A stretch of DNA of 63,337 nucleotides, filler included, from Chiloscyllium plagiosum (taxonomy: Eukaryota): assembly GCF_004010195.1 (NCBI RefSeq). It is 3 parts of one record of this genome, joined end to end, with 100 filler letters (N's around TTAATTAATTAA, not from the genome) between each part and the next. Parts side by side here need not be neighbours in the genome. Positions count along the whole stretch, not along the records: positions 31,949 to 56,223 come from NC_057717.1; 2 more parts are not named here. One strand, given 5' to 3'. Below, piece by piece: positions 38,750 to 50,049 of the stretch (positions are counted from its first letter, which is position 1; the number at the start of each line of letters is the position of its first letter). The position numbers and the translations under genes are program-made. The notes beneath the pieces were generated by a model. That model was not told the origin of the DNA, made no database searches, and saw only the letters and a list, made by a program, of their open reading frames with translations.

Positions 38750-41400
38750 TAAAAAGCCTGAGTGAAATGGTTTTATTAGAAGAAATGACATCATTTTCAG
38801 TCTCAATGCATAGTCTCACTTCTCATTATTCGTCATGTAAAGTATGAAGAAAAAAAGAAACTCCCTTCATTATCCATGACCGATGATTGACATAGAATAT
38901 AAAATAAATGGTTGGCAGCAACGGAGAGAAAATCTTTGATGTGCTGCTGTTGCCGTTGCTATATTCATCCTTTTGTGCGCATCTACTGAAGCCTTGAACA
39001 GATGCTAAACAGAATTCTTGTGTAAATTGGGATTTCTCAGTTTCCTTGATCATAAACTCCTGACCAAAAATCAATCCGCTTGTCTTATTGCTAATTGCAA
39101 ACCTTCTATATGGTTTAGATACAGCTTTTACAATCACAAAGTTCTGCATTTGGCATATACAGGTATTTAGACAATCACCACTTTGATTGGTGACACTGTC
39201 AGAAAAAAAAGGCCATTCGGTTTCAAGCTCAGAAAGCAGATTTCATGCTATAAGCACACAGTACTGAGTTTGAACTGACATCTCTGGACTTGACATTCAC
39301 AGGTGATATTGACTGAAGTAGCCCGGCCTATCAGGGAAGCTTCATCTCCCCTTTTAGGAAAATAATGGAGTAAGGGGAACAAAATAACAGGGAGAAGACA
39401 AGAAAATGGATTTGAGAAACATATCAGCCATGATCGAAAAGCAGAGCAGACTCAATGGTCTGAATTTGCTAATTCTGCTCCCGTATTTTATGCTTTATGT
39501 ATAGTTCGCCATGCTCACCAATCCAAACATTTATTTTGCATTCGGCTGCACTTATTAACGTGCCTCTGGTACTTACAATAAAACAGAAACAGTTTTAAAT
39601 GGAAAACCAGCAACAGGGATATGAAAAATAACCGCAGGACTATGAGCTTGCTTGGCAGGTGATACTGCTGCAGCAATAAAGACCTGGGCTTCAACTCAAA
39701 AAGAAAAGTTCCAACACGAACTTGAACACATGACCATGAGATCAAGCGTTTCATACACCACTGGCTCAGCTCGTTTCCACAGGCATATATATTTAATGTC
39801 TCCTTTTAAACAAAAGTGAATGTGGTTATCATGGTTTATGAAGAGAATGTAGTTGAGAAATATATCAGCAATTTTTCAAAAGTGGACCAGACTCGCTTGT
39901 CCGAAGAACATGGATTCTGATCCGATGTTTCATGTTCGAAAGTTTTCTGGACACAAAGTAATTTTCAGCTTGATGACCCCACATTCCCCGCAATCAGAAC
40001 CTGCGAAACTCGAAGAGGGAACGGGTTTCAACCAAATCTAGAGACGAGAAAAGGGAAAGAGGAGGTATTAATACAAGGGAAAATGAGTGGTGGGAAAAGA
40101 CAACAGAGAGTCAAACATAAAAGTGATGGTGATGACAGGTTGGGGGAGATGTGAAAGGAATAAATTAAGAAACAGGTTTTCTGAGAAGGATCATAGGAAC
40201 TGAAATGTTTACCTTCCCTCCACATTTGCTTGGAGACTCTTTTTAGATTGTTGCTATGTTTTCTTACAGAAATAGAAGATGGGATAGCCATCTTGGACCA
40301 AGCAGCACTCTCTGTTCTACTAACATGTCATTTCTCCGTTTATCAATATAATTCTGTTCCACACTGAAACTTTACAGTCGTTCCCCTCCAAAATCGCGTA
40401 ACCCCACAAGGTCACACAAGAAGATCACTTGCCTTGTGTCCTGGTAATTGTCAGGGAGGTTTTGCTGACTTTTTTTGTCGGAGTCTTCAGAATCAGTTCA
40501 TCCTGCTTCAGCTCATTTGACATGAAACCAATACTGCCAGTCGCACTCAGGAAGTTGCCATTCTCACTCTAAGGTTCTGGACAGTTTTGTTGGTGTAGTG
40601 TTACAGTGGAACATGCACCTTTGTAAAAGCTATCGTTCATTGTACATTCGGCTGCACCTATATACTTGTCTGCTGCACTTTCATCAAAGGGAAGATGGTT
40701 TTTACTCAGAAACCTGTTTCTGAACAAAGGCAGCAGGAAACAGTCTCTTGTCGTGACGGTGCTGACGGAATGATGAGCTGGGTTACACCTCAGAAAGTGA
40801 AGTCTAAAATGACAGCTACCATCGTAGGGCTCAAGCCCACCATTCCCCAACCGGGGGAATTCATGCTATACCGACAGCTAGCAGTTCCTTCGTTTCATAT
40901 TTTACATTTAGTCAAATCCACCTGGAACCTCGCTTTCTGTGTGGACCACAGACTGAGAAAATAGCAAGGTTCCAGTTTAATCCTCCAAATGAAAAATAAC
41001 AGTATGTTAATTATTTTCCACTTCTCAGCTGTTACACCTTCAGAAAATAAAAACCATTTTCAGCACTTGTTGTGGGATTTAACATTCTATATTAACACGT
41101 TGATGTTATTGTTTAGTTGTTTGAGTAGCTCACGTGACGAGCTGTGACTGTGTCAGACGGTGAAGCTATTTCAATAAATCCATTTACGTCAGCCTCTAAG
41201 AAATGCTCATCTGTCTGCCAAGTATCCATGAACACTTTCAGCATGTTCTTTGTTCAGTATTTCAGCAACTTTTGCCTCTTCTTACTTTACGTTCTGGAAT
41301 TTTCAGAGTTTCCTTTCAAACGTTCGATGGGCACGAAGTATTTGCTGCAGCCTGATGTCAGACACAAATAGCATTATTTTGGATCTCTTCTAAATTACTG
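38750..41400 (-). pseudogene. Decayed hAT (Buster/Charlie-like) transposase, with insertions
   Basis: Ordered degenerate motifs on the minus strand: AICV..ANTSCPS (N-terminus), IASPSDTVTARH (cf. IPLSxDTVxRR), LPFDESAAD (cf. LQLDESTD), ADIF, and C-terminal QKDEYS...LLP...LCQSS...RSRLCIETEMM..IKP (dimerisation domain). Confidence 0.65.
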
Positions 41401-42276
41401 AGACATTGAATGAGTGAGGCCAACAGGGAGGGCAGGGGAATGATTAATTCCAGAAACAAAAGGAGAATGGAGATGAATCAAAACCAGAGAAGCTGAGTCG
41501 AGAGTGGCGTTGCGTAATATCACTGAGTGGGAAGGAGGTGGCCTTGATGATGACGTGAACATATTGTTTGCTGTAGATTGGGCATCACACCTTTCTTCTG
41601 ACTGGAGTTTGTAACAGAGACTGAACACTGCTGCTTTCATCTTTCTAGTGTTTGAATGAAGGATATATCAGATCATTCAGTTTTAGATATCAGACACATC
41701 AGGGGTGTGTGAGATTTGCAGGAAACTTGGAGTCATGGTGTCCAGAAATATCACCTCCCTTCATCGTTCCAGATGGTGAGGTTTGAGAGTTTGGAAGATT
41801 CAGTCAATACATGGCCGAGTTGTAACTATATGCAATCTCCCTCCTTTGCCACTGTTTCTCTCACTTCTCTCCTTGTTTTATCCTTGAAAGGCTAGAGTTT
41901 TTTCCATGTTAAAAATGCGTGCAGCTTCTCTTCCTTTTTATTTAGGCCATTCTGACAAGTTTCACGTTCATGAAATTAGAAATTCTTGGAGAAGCTCAAT
42001 GGTCTAGCAGAATCTGTGGAGAGAAAGCAGTGTTATTCTTTCGGGTCCAGTGACCCTTCTTCGGAAAATCAATTAGCATATTCATTCAGTTCAGCGGCAC
42101 AGGAGACATTTCTATTTCTGTGGGTGCTGTTTCATTGTTTGTTTTCTGATTTAAAACAGTTTCCGAGGCAGCCAGACGAGGAGCAATTACAGTCAGAGAT
42201 CACAGATCCAGCAGCAACTCAGAATCTGATTGATGTGTTCAATTTATCACAACCAGAATGTAACTGGATTCTGAAA

Positions 42277-43407
42277 ATGGAAGGAATGGTCATAGTACAA
42301 AGTGAATAGAAACCTTACACGTGTTCTGTGTGTTGACAAGGCCTCATCCAGTCGTCTGGTCTGTCGAGAAATAAATACAATTATACCGAGGAGAGACCAT
42401 GCAAATTTGGACAGTTTGGGACGGAATGTAGTCTAGTCTGAGGTGGAAATATATTAGGACAGCTACACTGGGGTGAGAACTGCGACAAAGGATTCAGACC
42501 CTTGTCTGAACTGGGGGTCCATTGGCAAAATGCGGGGAGAGACTATTCACGTCCTTCCAGTGTGGAAAAGTAGTCATTCACTTTTCCACATCATGATCCT
42601 CAAGCGAGTTTACAGTGGGGATACACCGGTTATATGTACAGATTGTGAGAAGAGTTGTAAATGTCCTGTGGAACGGCCCATCGATGCACCCTGAAGAACG
42701 AATACTCAGATGCTTTCCCTGCAGGCAAATAAGCAAAACGTGAATTTATGAGTGAATTCACATTGGAGAGAACCTGTTCACATGCAGTGCGTGTGGCAGT
42801 GAACTCACTTGGTCATCACACCTCACAATACACTTTTTAAATGCCTGGACTTCGGGAAGTGCTTTCCGAGTTCTGGCTATCTGATGAAACATAAAGGTGT
42901 TCGCACACAAGGCACACCTTTAGATTAGATTACTTACTTACAGTGTGGAAACAGGCCCTTCGGCCCAACAAGTCCACACCGACCCGCCGAAGCGTAACCC
43001 ACCCAAACCCATTCTCCTACATTTACCCCTTCACCTAACACAACGGGCAATTTAGCATGGCCAATTCACCTAACCCCTGCACATTTTTGGATTGTGGGAG
43101 GAAACCGGAGCACCCGGAGGAAACCCATGCAGACACGGGGAGAATGTGCAAACTCCACACAGAGAGTCGCCTGAGGCGGGAATTGAACCCGGGTCTCTGG
43201 CGCTGTGAAGCAGCAGTGCTAACCACTGTGCTACCGTGCCGCCCATAAAGAGTCGTGCCGTGCCTTTAAGAGTCTGTTTGCTTGAGGAACTGCTTTCAAA
43301 CAATCGTCTCACATCACAGCACACCAGTGAGTTCGCACTGAAATGTGTGTGGGAAAGGATTCACTCAGAAAACCCTCCTACAGAGTTACTAGCGAGTTCA
43401 CGCGTAG
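42277..43407 (+). pseudogene. C2H2 zinc-finger gene pseudogene, split by an HE1 SINE
   Basis: MEGMVIVQSE*KPYTCSVC*QGLIQSSGLSRNKYNYTEERPC...; later YSGDTPVICTDCEKS, HIGENLFTCSACGS, CLDFGKCF and VCGKGFTQ...RVHA*. Many stops and frameshifts. Candidate splice acceptor ttttctgatttaaaacag at 42142-42159. Confidence 0.88.
42921..43244 (-). mobile_element. HE1 SINE (young copy)
   Basis: Full-length reverse-complement HE1. Confidence 0.96.
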
Positions 43408-43559
43408 CTACAGGAGTTGGGCTTTGTTGTTAGTCACATCCAGCACTGTGCATTGGTTCGTTGGTTAAGAAAGTGCAGCCTTCTGAATTTGCGATATTTT
43501 GGAAAAAATAAATAAATCATAATTTGCAACGCAACAGAGCCTTTTATTGGCGTGTTTGT

Positions 43560-44200
43560 ATGAGTGTTCACCAAGCTGGCAAATGGAATTGCAAACGTAC
43601 CGTCCTGTCCAGGTGATATCTTCAGGTGCTCTGGATCCTCCTGTGAAGCGCTGCTGTATTACGTCTTCTGGAACTTTTTTGGCTCCGTTTCTGCTCCTTC
43701 TGGTTTGCTCTTCCAGTTGTTCACTGTTGTGGCCAGTCTATTGGGTCTAAGTCTATTTGATGGCTGCTGGAATCCGTGGGTAATTCGCATGCCCCTACAA
43801 ATTTTCCAGCTGTCCTCTATTTAGCTTGTGCTATGATCGTTGCGATGTCCCAGTCGAATTTGTGGACCTTGTCATCTGTGTGAATAGCTGCTCGGGACAG
43901 CTGGTCGTGGCATTTAGTGGCTACATGGTGTTCATGGATGTGGATTGTTTTTTAGGTGTTATTAATTGGTTCTGTAGTTTTTTTGTTGATTCTATTGTTT
44001 TGACGTGACGTGGGCTCACCCTGTAGGTAGGTGTCGCTATCTACAAATAGTTTCCCTGCATTCTCAATGTATTGGGCTTGTCCCGAAGACCCGTTATTCC
44101 GCCATTATCCGCTGACACTATGATGATATTATTGTCATTTTTGAGTATTTTACAGCTTCTCTCTCTTTTTTTCAATATATAATTCCAGGTCTTTTTTAAC
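43560..44200 (-). mobile_element. Penelope-like element fragments (family 2: RT N-terminus and GIY-YIG end)
   Basis: The minus strand gives KNDNNIIIVSADNG and TIHIHEHHVATKCHDQLS...HKFDWD, homologous to 46018-46293. Confidence 0.8.
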
Positions 44201-44273
44201 ATGTAATTTCAGTTGCATCACCCTGTAAACCTTGCTATAAATGCTGTTGTCTTACGATCTTATACTCCACAAC

Positions 44274-44308
44274 TACCTGATGAAGGAGCAGCGCTCCGAA
44301 AGCTAGTG
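44274..44308 (+). ncRNA. Minimal hammerhead ribozyme motif in a third PLE terminal-repeat family (about 44200-44366)
   Basis: TAC-CTGATGA-A-GGAGC-AGC-GCTCC-GAAA-GCTA-GTG: 5-bp stem II, palindromic AGCU stem III, CUA triplet, stem I TAC/GTG. AATAAA follows. Confidence 0.75.
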
Positions 44309-44466
44309 CTTCCAAATAAACCTGTTGGATTCTAACCTGGTGTTGTTTGATTTTTAACTTTGTACACGCAAGAGAAGCTATATTAGGACCATGTTAAATA
44401 GGGCTATAAAATATTGCAGCCCTCCCGACCTGCGAAGGGAAGAAGAAGAAGAAGAACACCTCCACA

Positions 44467-44775
44467 GAACATAGAACATAGAAATTACAGCGCAGTACAG
44501 GCCCTTCGGCCCTCGATGTTGCGCCTCCCTGTCATACTAATCTGAAGCCCATCACAACTATACCATTCCATGTACGTCCATATGCCGGTCCAATGATGAC
44601 TTAAATGCACTTAAACTTGGCGAATCTACTACCGTTGCAGGCAAAACATTCCATACCCATACTACTCTCTGAATAAAGAAACTACCTCTGACATCTGTCT
44701 TATACATATCCCCCCTCACTTTAAGTTTGTGTCCCCTCGTGGTTGTCGTTCCCATACTTGAAAAAAGGCTTTCTT
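44467..44775 (-). mobile_element. CR1/HER1 LINE 3' end
   Basis: TRGHKLKVRG...FFIQRVVWVWNVLP and a (TTCTATG)n tail. Confidence 0.92.
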
Positions 44776-44809
44776 TCCCCCAAGAACGTATATCCCGACA
44801 AATTCATCC

Positions 44810-45975
44810 GAGGGAGCAGTAAAATCGACCTATCGAGCATAGGTTCTTCATCAGGAACGAGGCTTCTGAGAGATTAATGATAGGGGCGTGGGGCTGGGTG
44901 GGGGGAAGGTAATTGGGAGTATGATAGGGAGAAAAAGGTGGGGGTGAAATGGACAGGTCAGAGAGGAGGGTGGAGCTAATAGGTGGAAAGGAAGATGGTC
45001 AGTTAGGACAGGTCAGGAGGGTGGTGCCGAGTTGGAAGGTTGAATCTGGGATAAAGTGGGAGGGAGGGGAAATGGGGAAACTGGCGAAATCCAAGTTGAT
45101 CCCGTGTGGTAAGAGCTACCCTTGATGGAATATGAGGACTTATTCCTCCAGAAATCGGGTGGTAAGTGTCTGACAATGGAGGAAGCCCAGGACCTGCATG
45201 TCGTTGGAGAAGTTGGAGTGGGAATTCAAGTGTTCGGCCACGGGGCGGTGGGGCTGCTTCATCCGTGTGTCCTAGAAATGTTCTCTGAAACTTACTGCAA
45301 GTCGGCATACTGCCTCTCCAATGTAGAGGAGGCCACATTGGGAGCAATGGATACAGTAAATGACATGTATGGGAGGGCAAGTAAATCTCTGAACGGATGG
45401 GAAAGGCTCTTTTGGGGCCTTCGATGGAAACAAAGGGAATGTGTGTGTGCAGGTTGTGTGATTCTTGCATTCGCAGGAGAAGGTGTTGGGAGGGGAAAGT
45501 GATTGGTGGGGGCATGAACTTACCAAGAGCGTCGCGGAGGAATTTACAGAACACAGATCTGGGTGGGGAGGGAATATATCCCTCGTGGTGGGGTGTGTAT
45601 GCATCTGGCGCAAGTGGCAAAGGAATAGACAAGGTATGCGGAGGTTTGTGGGTTGAAAGTGAAGACCAGGTAGTTCTGTCCGTGTTGCGGTTGGAGGGGT
45701 GATGTTAGAGCGCAGCGGTGTGGGACGTGGATGAGATGTGTGGGAGAGCATCATTGACGACCTGGGAGGGGAAATTGCATTATTTGAAGAAAGGGGCAAT
45801 CTGGCATGTTCTGTCGTGGAAATGATTCTTCTGGAAGCAGATGCAGCAGACTGGAGGAATTGAAAATAAGGGATAGCGTTTTTATAGGTGTCAAGATGGG
45901 CTAAGGTGTAGTCCAAGTACCTGTGGGAGTTGGTGGCTTTATAGCAGATGTCCGTGTTGAGTTGCCAGATGGTCA
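44810..45975 (-). mobile_element. Penelope-like element (family 1), RT thumb plus GIY-YIG plus terminal repeat
   Basis: ORF 45272..45991: TDICYKATNSHRYLDY...H...KNAIPYFQF...QRFTCPPIHVIYCIHCSQCGLLYIGEAVCRLAVSFREH. Confidence 0.92.
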
Positions 45976-47134
45976 CGCTCAGCCAAAACAACAGAAAAAA
46001 AGGACACTTTATTCATCATGTGCGAGACTAACGAAATCTACAAGATTTCATGCAAAGACAGCATGAAACGCTGTATAGGACAAAGAGACAGACAACTAGC
46101 AATGCGCATCCACAAACACCCAGTAACCACAAAACACCACGACCAGCTACAACTAGTTGCTATATGGACAGATGGCAAGGACCACAATTTCGACTGGGGC
46201 AACACAACGATCATAGGACAAGTGAAACAGAGCACTGCCGGAGAATTTCTTGAAGCAAGGCACTCATCAATGGACTCCATCAACAGCACCTAGACAAAGA
46301 CCCAATAAATCAGCCAGTACAATGAACAACCAGAACTGGAGACGGGAAGCAACCAGAACGGAACCAAATAAGTTCCAGAAGATACAGTATCACAGCGCAT
46401 CAGAGGAGGCTCCAAAGCACTGGAGATGTCACCTGGACACGGGACTAAACGTTGCAAAATAAAGTTGCCAAGTCGGTGAACATAACCACACCATGGTAAC
46501 CAGCNNNNNNNNNNNNNNNNNNNNNNNNNNNNNNNNNNNNNNNNNNNNNNNNNNNNNNNNNNNNNNNNNNNNNNNNNNNNNNNNNNNNNNNNNNNNNNNN
46601 NNNNNNNNNNNNNNNNNNNNNNNNNNNNNNNNNNNNNNNNNNNNNNNNNNNNNNNNNNNNNNNNNNNNNNNNNNNNNNNNNNNNNNNNNNNNNNNNNNNN
46701 NNNNNNNNNNNNNNNNNNNNNNNNNNNNNNNNNNNNNNNNNNNNNNNNNNNNNNNNNNNNNNNNNNNNNNNNNNNNNNNNNNNNNNNNNNNNNNNNNNNN
46801 NNNNNNNNNNNNNNNNNNNNNNNNNNNNNNNNNNNNNNNNNNNNNNNNNNNNNNNNNNNNNNNNNNNNNNNNNNNNNNNNNNNNNNNNNNNNNNNNNNNN
46901 NNNNNNNNNNNNNNNNNNNNNNNNNNNNNNNNNNNNNNNNNNNNNNNNNNNNNNNNNNNNNNNNNNNNNNNNNNNNNNNNNNNNNNNNNNNNNNNNNNNN
47001 NNNNTTGGAGAGTTTGAGCTATAGGGAGAGGCTGAATTGGCTATGACTGTTTTCCCAGGAGTGTCTGAGGCTAAGGGGTGACGATATAAACATTCATAAA
47101 ATCATGAGGGCATGGTTAGGGTAAATGGACAATG

Positions 47135-49560
47135 ATTGTGAGTTTGCTCACTGCAATATATTTCCCTTTGTTCACGTACTGAGCCACAATTCCACACGTA
47201 TCGTCCTTATTGATTGAATAATTATTAGATTTTTGGAACAAGCAGATTTTCAAAGTTCAGTTCATGAACTTAAGAATAACAAGGAATTTGATATTGCTAT
47301 TTGACTGAGCATTGTGCCAAAATGAACAGAAATTATTGCAGTGAAAAGTAATTAGAGTTCTCTGATGTTTATAAGGCTGGCATAACTGTGATTATTCAAA
47401 TGACAAAAACTCTGTTATTTACAATGTGTTCATTCTTTTGTGGATGTTTTGACATGAAAGGAAAATGGCTTTTCATATTGTAGTGTTGGCACTAAGAAAC
47501 AATGCACTAAATCAAAATGTGAACCTTGCTATATTTGTCAGCAAGTCAAACTTAAATTATCCTGCAACTACTGTAATGACAATGACTTGATATTTAATGT
47601 CAGCATCGAAACAAATAAATAGATTCTGTATTTTGAAAACACTTGCCTCTGATGTTGCCTGGATATTCACTAAGTTCAGTAAACTGGAGAATAAAATATA
47701 ATAGCCAGCTTGATGGGTTAAAGACAAAATGAGACATTCAGTGAATGTGGAACAAAATTGTACAACCGTGCAGATGATACAAGAATCATGTCTTTCTCTC
47801 CAATGGTTTCCTTGTAGAGACATGTATTTTTAATTTATCTAATTTTTATCATAACCAGTGTTTCGACATTTGTGTCAAAATTACAAAGGAAATAAATAGA
47901 ATAGGAACATTTGTTTCAGAGAAAGATACAGTCAAATGTTATCCTACACACACCCAATAGCATTTACAGAGTAACGTTATTAAATATTTGCTTCAAGTAA
48001 ACAGATAAATCAGTTCAATGGGAATGAATCCAAAATGTTTGCGGCTTTTGATGTCCTGAGCCACAATTATACTTTTGTAAAAATGATTTTCCTGGAAAAT
48101 TCAAATAAAATGTTGAAGCCGATCAACGGCTGGATATATGTGGCTGTCAGAAAGATCAGCAATTAGTATCAAATGGTGTGATTATTGGAGTGAGCAATTT
48201 GTACTGTCGGGAGTATAAGATATGATGTTGATCGTGTTTATTGGATGGGATGATAACCAGATGTTTGCTGTGGTTATTCATCCAAGGACAATAAGATATT
48301 TACAAAGAGTACCCCACACAGCAGTAATTCGATAACCTTGAAGACTGTTTTGTGGTTTTATCTGCAGTGTTTGCATGTACTTTGATTTCAGTAAGGTACA
48401 ATTATTGTACATAATTAAGGAACTGATTGATAATCGGGTGTTAAAGATCTTGTGTAAAGTCAACAAATTTTTGAATTTAACTGGAATTCCTTGATGCAAC
48501 ACACTTAAACCATCAGGCAATAAGTGAGATAGTCAAATCAATAAACTCCGATATTGTTAAAGCATTTCAATCTTACATTCAACATGAATAGGTGAATGGA
48601 AAAGTAAAAAAAAAACAAATTTCTGACAAATCATGAATTTAAGAACAATTAAACAACAATTGACCCAAGGACATAATGTTGATATGTATTGCAATGTTTA
48701 GTTGCAAGTGTAGGTTATCAGCAGATTGCTGAATAATGGAAAGCGGTATTTATTTACTCTATTGAAGAAGAAATTGATTTTCTTTTCGTCTTAACCACAT
48801 TAATTAGACTTTTTCATCTCTAAGTCTACATCTGCAAATATTTTCCAGGATCTTAGAACCAGCAGAATTAGGTCCACACTTTTCTTTGTATCTCGAAGAA
48901 AATAAATAACAGACACGGTGATTATTGGAATGAACAACAGATATAAGAACACCTAATGTTGGACTGAAAAGCAATTCAATCTGTGCTTAGATATTTTGTA
49001 CTCAACGTGCAGACCGGCTCAGATGCACTTCTGTTGAAGATGGGGATTGACCGATCCCTTCTGGTCAACTAGTAGAGACACTACCAGAGCTCCACACGAA
49101 CCCTTCATAATGTTCCCACCCAGGAAGGTCAGGACTCTCGTGACTTGCTGACTGTGGTTACACAAATGAATATTAATCAGATTGTGATTGTGCTAATTGG
49201 ATTGGGAATTAATTAGATGGTTCCTGTGTGTAATGGGTTGAAAACGAAACAGTAATTTTCAATAATGGTGGAATGAAGCAAGAATGACCTTAATTAAATG
49301 GGAATCTCATGATAATTCATGGAAAGGCAATTTGACATATTTGTGTGATTATTGTGCAAATAAAAATAAATGAAATAATTCCATATTTTCAAAGCAGTTT
49401 GTCATGCGGTGAAATGAAAATTGAAATGATTTTGCCGCATACATGAATCAGGTTAATCATTCAATGGGACTATTCATCTGAAGGCAACTTCCTTCCTTCC
49501 AAGCGTGTATGATATCCGTTAATGCAAAATTTATTTGGATTGTTTAATGAAAGAACAGAG
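47135..49560. repeat. Tandem segmental repeat, copy 1 of 3 (~2.4 kb, AT-rich)
   Basis: Collinear with copies 2 and 3, sharing for example gataaccagatgtttgctgtggttattcat, gaattccttg..g.aacacact and agaaccagcagaat. Confidence 0.92.
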
Positions 49561-49574
49561 AAATAGGAGAGACA

Positions 49575-50048
49575 GTTAGTACATTTGCAGAAGACAGCAA
49601 AATTGGAGGTGCAGTGGACAGCGATGAAAGTTACCTCAGATTACACTTACTGGAAAGGTCTCATGGAGTGTTCCTGAGCAAAGGGGCATTGGAGTGCAGG
49701 TTTATAGTTCCCAGGCAGATGGGGTAGTCAAGAAGGCGTTTGGTATGTTTGTCTTTATTGTTCAGTGCATTGAGTAGAGTAGTTGGGAGGTCATACTGCA
49801 GCTGGGCAGCACATTGGTTCGGCCACTTTTGCAATACTGCATGCAATTCTTGTCTCCCTGCTATAGGCAGCTTGAACTTTGAAAGAATTCAGAAAAGATA
49901 GACAAAGATGTTGCTAGTATTGGAGGGATTGAGCAAAAAGGAAAGGCTGGATAGACTGGGGCTATTTTCACTGGAACGTGCAGGCTGAGGGGTGACCTGA
50001 AGGAGGTTTATTAAATCATCTGAGGCATGGAAAAGGTGAATAGACAAC
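49575..50048 (+). mobile_element. CR1 LINE fragment between repeat copies 1 and 2
   Basis: FAEDSKIGG and RLGLFSLE motifs. Homologous fragments at 47005-47131, ~52520-52590 and 55310-56140. Confidence 0.85.
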
Positions 50049-50049
50049 A

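Larger units (their letters stand above)
44370..46504 (+). mobile_element. Penelope-like element (family 2, 3' part) interrupted by CR1 and another PLE
   Basis: RSYIRTMLNRAIKYCSPPDLRREEEEEEHLHR at 44370-44468; GIY-YIG TNEIYKISCKDSMKRCIGQRDRQLAMRIHKH at 46018-46293; degenerate hammerhead-like terminus at ~46420-46455. Confidence 0.82.

Noticed and set aside
46493..47017. Long ORFs containing X runs (also 57965-58250 and 61007-61770)
   Set aside because: They are artifacts of N gaps at 46505-47004, 58063-58166 and 61088-61533.
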